DNA of 64,000 nucleotides from an uncultured Clostridia bacterium (GCA_944392175.1 CALXVT010000003.1:1973-65972), one strand, 5' to 3'. Positions 39,818 to 49,935 are shown, counted from the first letter of the stretch. Translations and numbers: made by a program. The notes: generated from the sequence alone by a model not told the origin.

Positions 39818-40922
39818 TTACTTCGTATTATACATTTTTAAATATGCTTCCATAAAGTCATCTAAATCTCCGTCCATAACTGCATTAACATTTCCTACTT
39901 CATAATTTGTTCTATGATCTTTTACTAATGTATATGGACAAAATACATAGGACCTTATTTGGCTTCCCCAAGCTATATCTTTTTGTTCACCTTTCAAATC
40001 TGAAATCTTCTCTTGTCTTTCTTTTTCTTTCATGTCAAATAACTTGGATTTTAGCATTTTCATTGCTGTTTCTCTATTTTGAATTTGTGAACGTTCAGAT
40101 TGACAGCTAACTACTGTATTTGTTGGAATATGTGTTATTCTTACTGCAGAAGAGGTTTTATTTATATGTTGTCCTCCTGCTCCTGAAGCTCTGTATGTAT
40201 CTATTCTTAAATCATCAGGATTTATATCTATTTCAATATCATCATTTATCTCTGGAAGCACTTCTATTGAAGCAAAAGATGTATGTCTTCTTCCTCCACT
40301 ATCAAAAGGTGAAATTCTAACTAATCTATGTACTCCCATTTCTCCTTTAAGATATCCATAAGCATAATCTCCTGATACTAAAAAAGTAACACTTTTTATC
40401 CCTGCTTCATCGCCTTCTAAGTAATCTAATTCTTTAACTTGAAAACCATGTTTCTCTGCCCATCTAGTGTACATTCTATAAAGCATTTCTACCCAGTCTT
40501 GAGATTCTGTTCCTCCTGCTCCTGGATGCATAGAAACAATTGCATTATTAGAATCATATTTTCCTGAAAATAAAGTTTCAATTTCTAAATCTTTAATATC
40601 TTGTTCTAAAGTTTTTGTATCTTTTAATAATTCTTTAATAAGATCATGATCAGGTTCTTCTTCTAAAAGATTATTCATATCTAATAAATTATTTAATAAA
40701 TTTTCTATTTTATTATATTTAGTAATTTTATTTTTTAGAAGTTTTATTTCTTGTAAAACACTAGAGTTATTCTTAGACTCCCAAAAACCTTGTTTTAAAG
40801 TTTCAGCTTCTAATTCCGCTAATTTATTTTTAGAATTTTCTATGTCAAAGAGAATCCCTAATTTCAATCAATTTTGTATTTAATTCTTGAAGGACTCTTA
40901 TATTTTCTTCTAACTCTATCAT
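39818..40922 (-). CDS. prfB: Peptide chain release factor 2 with programmed +1 frameshift
   Basis: True start ATG at 40922 (MIELEENIRV...RDSL), then CTT-TGA-C slippery site at 40850-40844 preceded by SD-like AGGGAT; SPF and GGQ motifs. Confidence 0.95.
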
Positions 40923-41110
40923 TACATCACTCCAATCTACACGTTTGTATATTAACATACTTAATTTTATTTTTCAAGAGGGATAAAGAGTCGTCCATTT
41001 TTTTCTATTTTTTATAAATAGTAACTTATACAAAAAACTGTGGCAAAATGTTGATGTTTTACCACAGTTTTATTTCCATTTATAGATATTTTAAGAAATA
41101 TCCTTAATCA

Positions 41111-43147
41111 CTATTTTGTTCCAAAAATTCTATCTCCTGCGTCACCTAATCCTGGTAATATATAACCGTTTTCATTCAATTTTTCATCTATAGCTGCAGT
41201 ATATAATTCAACATCAGGAAATTCTTTATTTAATCTTTCTATTCCTTCAGGAGCTGATATTATTGATAAGAATTTTATTTTCTTTACTCCGTCTTCTTTT
41301 AAACATTTTATTGTATCTGCTGCAGATCCACCTGTTGCAAGCATTGGATCTAAAATTAATACCTCTCTTTTACTAATATCTTTTGGCATTTTATAATAAT
41401 ATTTTACAGGTTCTAATGTTTCTTCATTTCTATATAAACCAATATGACCTATTTTTGCATTTGGTATTACTTGTAATAAACCATCTAGCATTCCAGTTCC
41501 AGCTCTTAATATAGGAACAAATGCGTAATTGTCTTCTTTTAAAACTCTTGCCTTTGTTTTACATAAAGGTGTTTCAATTTCTATTTCTTCCAATTTTGCA
41601 TCTTTCATAGCTTCATAACATAAGAAAATAGCTATCTCTGTAATTATTTCCCTAAATTCTTTTGTTCCAGTATTTTTGTTTCTTATAATTGATAATTTAT
41701 GTTCTATTATTGGATTATCCAAAACATTAATATTCATGTTTTTCACCTCTGTTTCTGTCTTTTTTTCTGAAATACTTTCTTTCATTACTTTTGTCTCTTC
41801 ATTAGTTTTATCTGCTTCATTATTATCTTCTATTTTATTACTATCTTCTTCTACTTCTTTTTGCTCTTCTTTTTCATTTGGCAATAATAAATTTAATAAA
41901 ATTCCAACTATAGCTGCTAAACTCATTCCTGATATTGTAACAGATAAATCTCCAGATACAATTGATATTGCAGCTCCTCCTAGTCCTAAAACTAGCATTG
42001 TTGATGCAACAACAATATTTTTTGGTTTTCCAAAATCAATTTTATTTTCTATTAAAACTTTTAAACCATTTACAGATATAAATCCATAAAGTAATAATGA
42101 AACACCACCTAAAACAGGATCTGGAATTGTTGAAATAATTGCAGTAAATTTACCTAAGAAAGCTAAACATATTGCAATAATTGCAGCTAATCCTATTACC
42201 CATACTGAAGCTACTTTTGTCATACCTACTACTGAAGTATTTTCTCCATATGTTGTATTTGCAGGACCACCAAGCATACCTGCTACAAATGTTGCAATAC
42301 CATCACCTAATAATGTTCTATCTAATCCAGGATTTTTTAACAAATCTTTTCCTATTATTGAACTTAATGCTGTATGATCACCAATATGTTCTGCCATTGT
42401 AACTAATGCAATTGGTGCTATTGTAAGAATTGCAGAAAAACTTGGTGTATAATTTACAAATGGTAAAATAAAGTTTGGAATACTAAAGAATGCTGCTTCA
42501 GCTACCGGTGCAAAATCTACTAATCCTAAGCAAATAGAAGCAATATATCCAACTACTATTCCTATTAAAAAAGGAACTATCTTCAAAAATCCTTTTCCTC
42601 TAACCATAACTATTGCTGTAGTTAAAAATGTTATAAGTGCTACAATTACACCTCTCCATTCTATTTGTGTATCTGTTCCTAAACCAATCTGAGAAATCGC
42701 ATTAGGTGCTAATCCTAAACCTATTATCATTATCATTGGTCCTATAACTACATGTGGTAATAATTTATGTATCCAGTCTTTTCCAATAAAATGAATTAAT
42801 GTTGCAAATATTACATAAATTAAACCTACAACCATAATTCCTGTCATTGCTCCAGAAATTCCACCTTTTAAATATGCTGCTGCTAGTGGAGCAATAAAAG
42901 CAAATGAACTTCCTAGATAAACAGGTGATCTACCTTTAGTACATAAAATATAAATTAATGTTCCGATTCCAGATGTTGCTAATGCTACTGGAATTGTTAG
43001 TACTTCAGCACCTGCAGAACTATTTACTAAGATTGGTACTAATATTGTTGCACCAAACATAGCAAAAACATGCTGAATTGCAAGAACAATCCATTTACCA
43101 ACTGTTGGCTTTTCGTTTACATCAAGCAGTAATTTTTTTTCTTCCAT
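41111..43147 (-). CDS. upp: Uracil permease (UraA/PyrP, NCS2) fused in frame to uracil phosphoribosyltransferase (Upp)
   Basis: N-part QHVFAMFGAT, YLGSSFAF, NTTYGEN; C-part VPILRAG, DPMLATGGS, YILPGLGDAGDRIFGTK; internal GAGGTG RBS plus ATG at 41737. Confidence 0.9.
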   Translation of the reverse strand: MEEKKLLLDVNEKPTVGKWIVLAIQHVFAMFGATILVPILVNSSAGAEVLTIPVALATSGIGTLIYILCTKGRSPVYLGSSFAFIAPLAAAYLKGGISGAMTGIMVVGLIYVIFATLIHFIGKDWIHKLLPHVVIGPMIMIIGLGLAPNAISQIGLGTDTQIEWRGVIVALITFLTTAIVMVRGKGFLKIVPFLIGIVVGYIASICLGLVDFAPVAEAAFFSIPNFILPFVNYTPSFSAILTIAPIALVTMAEHIGDHTALSSIIGKDLLKNPGLDRTLLGDGIATFVAGMLGGPANTTYGENTSVVGMTKVASVWVIGLAAIIAICLAFLGKFTAIISTIPDPVLGGVSLLLYGFISVNGLKVLIENKIDFGKPKNIVVASTMLVLGLGGAAISIVSGDLSVTISGMSLAAIVGILLNLLLPNEKEEQKEVEEDSNKIEDNNEADKTNEETKVMKESISEKKTETEVKNMNINVLDNPIIEHKLSIIRNKNTGTKEFREIITEIAIFLCYEAMKDAKLEEIEIETPLCKTKARVLKEDNYAFVPILRAGTGMLDGLLQVIPNAKIGHIGLYRNEETLEPVKYYYKMPKDISKREVLILDPMLATGGSAADTIKCLKEDGVKKIKFLSIISAPEGIERLNKEFPDVELYTAAIDEKLNENGYILPGLGDAGDRIFGTK

Positions 43148-43206
43148 ACGAAGATACCCCCTCTTTTTTATTTATATAATCTTTGCATATTGTTTTTTCA
43201 ATATAC

Positions 43207-43239
43207 AAAAAAAATACTAATCCATAAAAGAATTAGTAC
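43207..43239 (-). terminator. Attenuator terminator in the uraA-upp leader
   Basis: TACTAATTC-ttttat-GGATTAGTA followed by U8 on the minus strand, upstream of the permease gene. Confidence 0.7.
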
Positions 43240-43333
43240 GAAAATGATAAATATTTAATTGGTTGCAAAAAAAAGCAAATTTTGCCTTATGTCTTTTTGT
43301 ATTTAATTCTAATGTTTTTACAAATTTTTGCAT
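43217..43333 (-). CDS. Putative 38-aa leader peptide (pyrL-like)
   Basis: MQKFVKTLELNTKRHKAKFAFFCNQLNIYHFRTNSFMD*; AAGGGTG SD-like sequence; stop codon inside the terminator stem; promoter TTGTAT-17-TATAGT at 43382-43354. Confidence 0.55.
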   Translation of the reverse strand: MQKFVKTLELNTKRHKAKFAFFCNQLNIYHFRTNSFMD

Positions 43334-43508
43334 TTTTCCACACCCTTTTACATACTATATATCAAGAAATAAAAAAATACAATACATTTTTTATATTTTA
43401 TAAAAATTATATTAAATTGGTTTTTGCATATGTGTATAAGTGATACATTTTATAAGCTATAAAATGAAGTCACCATTAAAATGATGACTTCATTTGGACA
43501 ATTGAAAT

Positions 43509-44177
43509 TTATAAATTGAAGATAGTCCCTAAAATTAAAGACATATTTAAAACTTTAATTTCAGAATACAATTTATGAGTTTTTCTTATAAGTTCTTCTA
43601 AATCAGGATTTATTTCCTTAATTTCATCAAAATATTTTTTTGCTTCTTCTATTGTTTCACATTTAATATTTGTACCAGCTTTTGATAATTCTTGATTCGC
43701 AAAAACTATCAGAATGGTTACTGCTTTTTGTAAGCGACTAACCAAAGTAAGTTGTTCAAAGTCATCATAGTTGCTATTTTGAATATGATTAAGCATTTTT
43801 ATGGCATCAGAATAATCTTTCACCTTAATTAACTGAATGAATAAAGTCGTTATCCAGTTACAGGATTGTTTGCATGTTTTAATGTATTCTTCATCCGCCA
43901 TTGCATTTTTCAAAGCATCTACAATCACATTTTCAGGCGCTGTAAGAATAACAACTGTAGCCTGCCGTGCTATTCGTTTGATTTGACTTAAACTTTCATC
44001 GTCAATATCGGCATAGATATCATGTTCATTTTTTAAGGTTTCCTGTGCATGTTTGCTTAAAATTTCAAAAGTTCTTTCAGCTACTGGAATTTTATCCCAA
44101 TATGGATTTGAACATAAAAAAGCCTCATTTTCATTTAACAAATTTATCCAATCATCAGCCGTCCGTATTGTTCTCAT
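43509..44177 (-). CDS. Hypothetical protein, paralog family A copy 1 (start reassigned to 44177)
   Basis: GAGGAGG RBS; MRTIRT...ERTF...ILTAPENV..ALK; promoter TTGACA-17-TATAAT. Confidence 0.7.
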   Translation of the reverse strand: MRTIRTADDWINLLNENEAFLCSNPYWDKIPVAERTFEILSKHAQETLKNEHDIYADIDDESLSQIKRIARQATVVILTAPENVIVDALKNAMADEEYIKTCKQSCNWITTLFIQLIKVKDYSDAIKMLNHIQNSNYDDFEQLTLVSRLQKAVTILIVFANQELSKAGTNIKCETIEEAKKYFDEIKEINPDLEELIRKTHKLYSEIKVLNMSLILGTIFNL

Positions 44178-44421
44178 TTTTTCCTCCTCTTGCATTATGC
44201 TATTAGAATTTATAAACAGATTTTCAATGACTATTATATATGCAGTTTTACATTATGTCAAGTAAATCTTTGTACTTATTTACCATCTGTTCATTAGTAT
44301 TTAACTAGAACAAATATTCCCTCTTTATATTAAATTATTTATTAATCAATGTTACTTTTTTATAAAATAAGAAAATCCACTAGATAAAACTATAAATTTA
44401 TCTAGTGGATACAGCGAAACA

Positions 44422-45153
44422 TTATTTGCCTTTAACATCCTTTATCACTCTACTTATTGCTTCTTTAAAAATAATTTTATTAAGAAGTTGCACAAATTTA
44501 TATCCTATTTTAACAACTTTAATCAAAATTTCTGCTATTTCAGGATTAACAATATACAATGGATTATTATATACATTTCCATCAATTAAATATTCTTTTA
44601 TTAATGAAACTTTTATTCCTTTTTCGTCTAATAATTCCTGTCCTTTAGCAATCAAGAAATTTACAAGCATTTCAAGAGTATCATAAGAATAAGCTATCAT
44701 AGTTAAATCCATTTCATAATCTTCCATTGATTCAATCACTGTAAGCAATTGCAATCCCATATCATAATACTCTGCGAGAATTGTAAATGTTGCCACAAAG
44801 ATTAAAGTAAATATATCCTTGTTATATTTTTGTAAATAGATATCATCTTGAAGTTCTAATTTTATTGCTGTTTTTAATACATTCTTAGGTACTGTCACAA
44901 TTACCAAAATGAACTTAATAGCTTCGTCCTCTTCTTCCATTTCTATACTTACAAGCATGTCTCTCTTTATTGCTTTTTTTGCAACCTTATATAACCGAGA
45001 AAAAGTTCTTTCTCTAATTGGAATTCCTCTCCAATATTCTTTATATGGCAAATCTAACTTATTATCAGTCTTTTTTCCATATAGTTTGTTTATATTTCCC
45101 ATTAAGCCCCGAGCAAAGTCTAAAAATTCAGCCTCAGTTTTCACTGTTTTCAT
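44422..45153 (-). CDS. Hypothetical protein, paralog family A copy 2 (start reassigned to 45153)
   Basis: AAGGAGG RBS; MKTVKT...ERTF...IVTVPKNV..AIK. Confidence 0.7.
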   Translation of the reverse strand: MKTVKTEAEFLDFARGLMGNINKLYGKKTDNKLDLPYKEYWRGIPIRERTFSRLYKVAKKAIKRDMLVSIEMEEEDEAIKFILVIVTVPKNVLKTAIKLELQDDIYLQKYNKDIFTLIFVATFTILAEYYDMGLQLLTVIESMEDYEMDLTMIAYSYDTLEMLVNFLIAKGQELLDEKGIKVSLIKEYLIDGNVYNNPLYIVNPEIAEILIKVVKIGYKFVQLLNKIIFKEAISRVIKDVKGK

Positions 45154-45240
45154 TTTTATTCCTCCTTTAGCATTGTGCTTATAGTTAAAATTGTACAAAT
45201 TTTTTCATATTATATATCTGTTTTTTATTAAAAGTCAATT

Positions 45241-46875
45241 TTATATTTTATTAGTTGCAGAATAAAAATAATATCCTCCCATAATATTAACAGCATCTAA
45301 ATTATTGCCTTTTAAAATTCTAGTTGCAATATAGCTTCTAAGACCTGTATGGCAATATACATATATCTTCTTACCTATTGGTAATTTATTTATATTTTCT
45401 CTTAATTCATCTAAAGGAATATGCACAGCATTTTCTATATGGCCATTTTTATATTCCTCTTCTGTTCTAACATCTAAAATAAATGCTTCTTCTAATTTTA
45501 ATACTTCTCCCCATGTTATTGTTTCTACCATTCCATCTATTTCATTTTGAATAGCATTTCCAACTAGATTTATAGGACTTTTTGCAGATGAAAATGGAGG
45601 AGCATATGATAATTCAAAATCTGCTAAATCATCTGCTGTCATTTTATGTTTAATTGCAACTGCCAAAATATCAGTTAACTTATCCACTCCTTCTTTTCCC
45701 CATACCTGTGCACCTAAAATTGTACCAGTATTTTCTTCATATATAACTTTTATTGTTGTTTGTGTTGCACATGGATAATAAGTTGCATGTGAATAAGGAG
45801 AAATTATCATAGTTTTATATTTTATATTATTTTGTTTTGCAGTATTTTCATTTAATCCTACAATTCCTAAATTATTTTCAAATATTTTTAGTATGCTACT
45901 TCCAATTGTACCTTCATATCTACCTGGTTTATTATAAATATTATTAGCTACAACTCTCGCTTGTTTATTTGCAGGACCTGCCAATGGAATATATGTTGGT
46001 ACATTAATTATAGGATTATTAACCTGAACACTATCTCCTAAAGCATAAATATCTGTATCACTTGTCATCATAAATTCATTAACAATTATACTACCTTTTT
46101 CTGACACTTTAAGTCCAGCATCAATTGCAAGTTTACTTTCTGGTCTAACTCCAATACATAAAATAATATAATCTATATTTAATGATCCGTTTTCTAATTT
46201 AATCTCAAGTTGATTATTATTATTTATTTCTTTTACTCCATTTTCTAATACAACATTAATATTATTTTTATTTAAAACTTTTTTAATAAATTTTGCCATA
46301 TCTTTATCAATAGGACCTATTAGATGATTTGCTTTTTCTATAATTGTTATATTAGCATCTTTATTATGATTTCTAATATTTTCTGCCATTTCAACACCAA
46401 TATAGCCACCACCAATTATTGCTACATCTTTTACATTATTATTTTCCAAATATTCTCTAATTTTTACTGCATCATTAACTGTCCTTAATGTTTGAATCCT
46501 CTCATCTTTTATTTCTTTAAATGGATTGATAGGTTCTGCTCCTGGAGAAAGTACTAATTTATCGTAATCTTCTTCATATATATTTCCCTCTTTTTTTCTT
46601 ATTTGTATTTTTTTGTCCTGTCTTAAAACTTTAATTACTTCTTCATTTAAACGTACATCAATATTAAATCTTTCTTTAAATGATTTAGGTGTTTGTAATA
46701 ATAACTTTTCCTTTGTTTTTATTACATTTCCTACGTAATAAGGTAAACCACAATTTGCAAAAGATACATAATCTCCTCTGTCAAATATAATTATTTCGCT
46801 TTTTTCATCTAGTCTTCTTAATCTGGTAGCTGTTGTTGCACCACCTGCAACTCCTCCAACAATTAATATTTTCAT
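45241..46875 (-). CDS. cdr: CoA-disulfide reductase-like FAD oxidoreductase with C-terminal rhodanese domain
   Basis: GGVAGG, SFANCGLPY, GGGYIGVE, YAPPFS; rhodanese DVRT...YCHTGLRS. Confidence 0.85.
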   Translation of the reverse strand: MKILIVGGVAGGATTATRLRRLDEKSEIIIFDRGDYVSFANCGLPYYVGNVIKTKEKLLLQTPKSFKERFNIDVRLNEEVIKVLRQDKKIQIRKKEGNIYEEDYDKLVLSPGAEPINPFKEIKDERIQTLRTVNDAVKIREYLENNNVKDVAIIGGGYIGVEMAENIRNHNKDANITIIEKANHLIGPIDKDMAKFIKKVLNKNNINVVLENGVKEINNNNQLEIKLENGSLNIDYIILCIGVRPESKLAIDAGLKVSEKGSIIVNEFMMTSDTDIYALGDSVQVNNPIINVPTYIPLAGPANKQARVVANNIYNKPGRYEGTIGSSILKIFENNLGIVGLNENTAKQNNIKYKTMIISPYSHATYYPCATQTTIKVIYEENTGTILGAQVWGKEGVDKLTDILAVAIKHKMTADDLADFELSYAPPFSSAKSPINLVGNAIQNEIDGMVETITWGEVLKLEEAFILDVRTEEEYKNGHIENAVHIPLDELRENINKLPIGKKIYVYCHTGLRSYIATRILKGNNLDAVNIMGGYYFYSATNKI

Positions 46876-47438
46876 TTAATTCTTCCTCCTCTAATCCTTT
46901 CATTCAATTTCTTATAAATAGGAATCATATGAGGTTCACTTACCATTTTTTCTATATCATCAATAGTAATCCATTTTACACCTTTATTTTCATCTTCCTT
47001 AATTCGCAAATTTTCTTTTTCATCAGCTTCAATTAAATAAGTACAATTTAAATGCAAATGTGTTGGTACAAATTTTCCTCTTTTAATATGGCTCTGCACT
47101 GGTAAAATTTCTATACTAGCAATATTTTTATCTAATAATTTAAAATTCTTTAGCCCTGTTTCCTCTGTAAGTTCTTTTATTGCAACATGTTCTAAATCTT
47201 CATCACCATCCGCATGTCCACCAGTCCAACACCATGAATCATATATATTATGGTACACCATTAAAACTTTAGTTCTATCTTTATTTACCACCCAATTTGA
47301 AGCAGAAAAATGACAAGTTCTATTATTTCTAGTTAAAACATCGTCAAATAAATTAATATAATATAACATCAGTTCTTTATCTACTTCTTCTTGTTCATTA
47401 TATGGTACATAGTTTTCAATTTCATCTTTTAAACTCAT
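46872..47438 (-). CDS. NUDIX hydrolase
   Basis: GGHADGDEDLEHVAIKELTEETG Nudix box. Confidence 0.85.
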   Translation of the reverse strand: MSLKDEIENYVPYNEQEEVDKELMLYYINLFDDVLTRNNRTCHFSASNWVVNKDRTKVLMVYHNIYDSWCWTGGHADGDEDLEHVAIKELTEETGLKNFKLLDKNIASIEILPVQSHIKRGKFVPTHLHLNCTYLIEADEKENLRIKEDENKGVKWITIDDIEKMVSEPHMIPIYKKLNERIRGGRIK

Positions 47439-47449
47439 ATTATGCTCCT

Positions 47450-47758
47450 TTATTTTAGTAAATCTAAAACTTCATCTTTGCTGATTAATCCAACACTTCT
47501 TTTTATTTCTTGACCATTATTAAATATAACTAAAGTTGGTATTGACATTACATTGTATTTTATAGCTAAATATTGTTCTTCATCTATATTTAATTTTACG
47601 AATTTTGCACCTTCATATTCTTTTGCAACTTCATCTATTATTGGTGATAGCATCTTACATGGCCCGCACCAATCAGCATAAAAATCTACTAAAACTTTTT
47701 TATCTGATTGTAATACTTCTTTCTCAAAATTTTCATTATTAACTTTTAATATTTCCAT
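47450..47758 (-). CDS. trxA: Thioredoxin (second copy)
   Basis: VDFYADWCGPC motif. Confidence 0.9.
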   Translation of the reverse strand: MEILKVNNENFEKEVLQSDKKVLVDFYADWCGPCKMLSPIIDEVAKEYEGAKFVKLNIDEEQYLAIKYNVMSIPTLVIFNNGQEIKRSVGLISKDEVLDLLK

Positions 47759-47837
47759 ATTTACCTCCTTATTTTTTAATTATATATACAATACTACACT
47801 ATTTTTTTATTGTAAATACCTTTAACTTAGTTGTATA

Positions 47838-47950
47838 TTTACATTTTATGTAAAGTATGGTATAATAATATTTGTAGCACATTGAAAAAAGAATAGCAAA
47901 GGGGGGAATAACTCTTTTAATCACATTTCCAGCTTTTAGCTGATTACATA
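47838..47950 (+). promoter_or_regulatory. Promoter and conserved structured leader (copy 1) of the sigma4/alpha-CTD gene
   Basis: TTTACA-17-TATAAT with extended TG; boxA-like GCACATTGAAAA at 47877; two hairpins; closely similar to 49936-50049. Confidence 0.65.
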
Positions 47951-47992
47951 CAGAAACTATTAAAAATCCAAAATATAAAGGAGATATCCAAT

Positions 47993-48763
47993 ATGGAAAA
48001 TTTCGTAAAAAAATTAAGCAACATTGAAACCTTCGATTCCAAAAAAGCAGATCAGATTGCTTATATGGCGAAAGCAATATTGGGCGAAGATATTCCTGAT
48101 GGAAGTGTTGACGGAAAAGCTTTGTTAGAAGCATTGTCAACCTTAGCGGGAAACGAAACCGCAATTATGAGGTTACACTATGGCCTTGAAACCGGTTATC
48201 CGTTAACTTTAGCAGCAATAGCGGATATGTATGATGTAACAACCGAAAGAATCAGACAGATCAGAGAAAAAGCGGTTCGCAAGCTTCGGCATCTGTCTAG
48301 AACCAGAAAGTTTTATATTCCGGCACGTGAGGAAGCAGAACGGATGGAAGCTGAAAAGAAAGCCCATCCAGAAAGGTTTATCCTCATAGAAAGACTCGAT
48401 CTGGAAGATGGCATAAGGTATGATCTTGTTCAGGCAGGCATATCTTATGTCACTGACTTAGAGGAAAAATCTGATGCAGAACTTCTCCAGATTCCGGGGA
48501 TTGATTCAATGTCGTTGAAAAAAATCCGGTATAAGCTGGAAAAATATCGTGGCACTTATGTAGTGCCCGAAGATTTGAAATGGCTTGATGAAATCGAGAT
48601 TGGCCTGTCTGAGCGTTCTCTTAGAGTTCTTGAACGCAATGGAATACAGACTGTGGGAGAACTGAAAAGACTGACAGACAGAGATCTGTATTCTCCGAAG
48701 TTCATATGCAAGTCTATTTCAAATGAAATAGCATCAAAGATTCGGGAATTAAAGGAGGGATAA
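47993..48763 (+). CDS. Sigma-70 region 4 HTH fused to two RNA polymerase alpha-CTD-like (HhH) domains
   Basis: LTLAAIADMYDVTTERIRQIREKAVRKLRH (RpoD region 4.2-like); IERLDL...AGI..V.DL...SDAELLQIPGI and LSERSLRVLERNGIQTVGEL (alpha-CTD-like); no sigma region 2. Confidence 0.75.
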   Translation: MENFVKKLSNIETFDSKKADQIAYMAKAILGEDIPDGSVDGKALLEALSTLAGNETAIMRLHYGLETGYPLTLAAIADMYDVTTERIRQIREKAVRKLRHLSRTRKFYIPAREEAERMEAEKKAHPERFILIERLDLEDGIRYDLVQAGISYVTDLEEKSDAELLQIPGIDSMSLKKIRYKLEKYRGTYVVPEDLKWLDEIEIGLSERSLRVLERNGIQTVGELKRLTDRDLYSPKFICKSISNEIASKIRELKEG

Positions 48764-48888
48764 CGCAGTGGCATCTTAGCCACATGTGTATTTTTCTTTA
48801 CAAATACACATAACTTAACCTGTCATGTAGGGAAAATCTAGCGATTTTTCCTATATGACAAAACATAGCCCTTTGTGGTTTTCTTTTA

Positions 48889-48928
48889 AGCGGTGGGTAT
48901 GCAACTTGTACCCATCGCTGTTTCTTTT
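48889..48928 (+). terminator. Intrinsic terminator of sigma4/alpha-CTD gene 1
   Basis: AGCGGTGGGTA-loop-TACCCATCGCT followed by a T-rich tail. Confidence 0.7.
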
Positions 48929-49050
48929 ATTATGCACAATTTCTATATAATGCAAAAACACTTATTAAGTAATAACTTAATAAGTGTTTTGATTGACATC
49001 TCATAATTTTAAGAAATAAAATAATTTATTGTTCTAAATTATAACATATC

Positions 49051-49764
49051 TTACACGGCATTCCTATCGCTTTCTGCTTTTCTCAGCAATCTAGCAATTT
49101 CCAGCATTAATTCAAGAGCCTCAATTAGTTGAGGATTCCGTTTTTTCATTTCAGCATATGGCCAGATGGCTTCTCTTTCTTCCCTTGTTTTCGTAAAGGC
49201 AATATTTGAAACTTCACTTTTCAATACAACCATATCTCCTATACTTTTCTTGTCAGGATACAATTCTGTTTGAATTTTTACTAAAATACCGGAAATTAGT
49301 TCAGAAAAAATTCTTGTTTCATACATCAAATTAACAAATTCAAACTTATTCCAGTTCTCTAATATAAAATCCAATAATTTAACACCTAATTCAAATTCAT
49401 CTGCTGAAATTAATGTTTCTGATAAAGTCATCAATAAATGAAAATCCTTCATGTTTTTATTCAAGAAATCATCATTACATGCATTTTTCATAGCAGTAAG
49501 AATTGTTTTAGTTGATGCTGTAAGAAAAACCAGATCGAATTTCATACTATCTGTATAAGCCTCCATCTGCAAATCTATTCCAACATCATGCAGTTTACGT
49601 TTTAAATTTTCAAATAAATTATCAAACGTTTTCTCTTCCTCAGAAAGGTCTGCATCAAATCCATCCAATAGAGTTTTAGCATTGCTAACATACTTTTCTC
49701 TAGCTAGATTGGCTAGCATTTTTAACAAAGATCCCCATTCTTCCCGCGTTTTTACTGTCGTCAT
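49051..49764 (-). CDS. Hypothetical protein, paralog family A copy 3
   Basis: MTTVKTREEW...EKTF...FLTASTKTILTAMK; AAGGAGG RBS; promoter TTGACA-17-TATAAT. Confidence 0.7.
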   Translation of the reverse strand: MTTVKTREEWGSLLKMLANLAREKYVSNAKTLLDGFDADLSEEEKTFDNLFENLKRKLHDVGIDLQMEAYTDSMKFDLVFLTASTKTILTAMKNACNDDFLNKNMKDFHLLMTLSETLISADEFELGVKLLDFILENWNKFEFVNLMYETRIFSELISGILVKIQTELYPDKKSIGDMVVLKSEVSNIAFTKTREEREAIWPYAEMKKRNPQLIEALELMLEIARLLRKAESDRNAV

Positions 49765-49935
49765 ATAATTCCTCCTTTTATTTGCAATTTGCTTATAAAA
49801 TAAAAACAGTATTTACAAAAGAATTATATAATCATATTAATGTTATGTCAATTTTTAGTACATTATTATCTTTTACAATAGTTACATTTAATTTTTTAAT
49901 TAAAAAAATCATTAAAATTTATATACCAAAAACCG

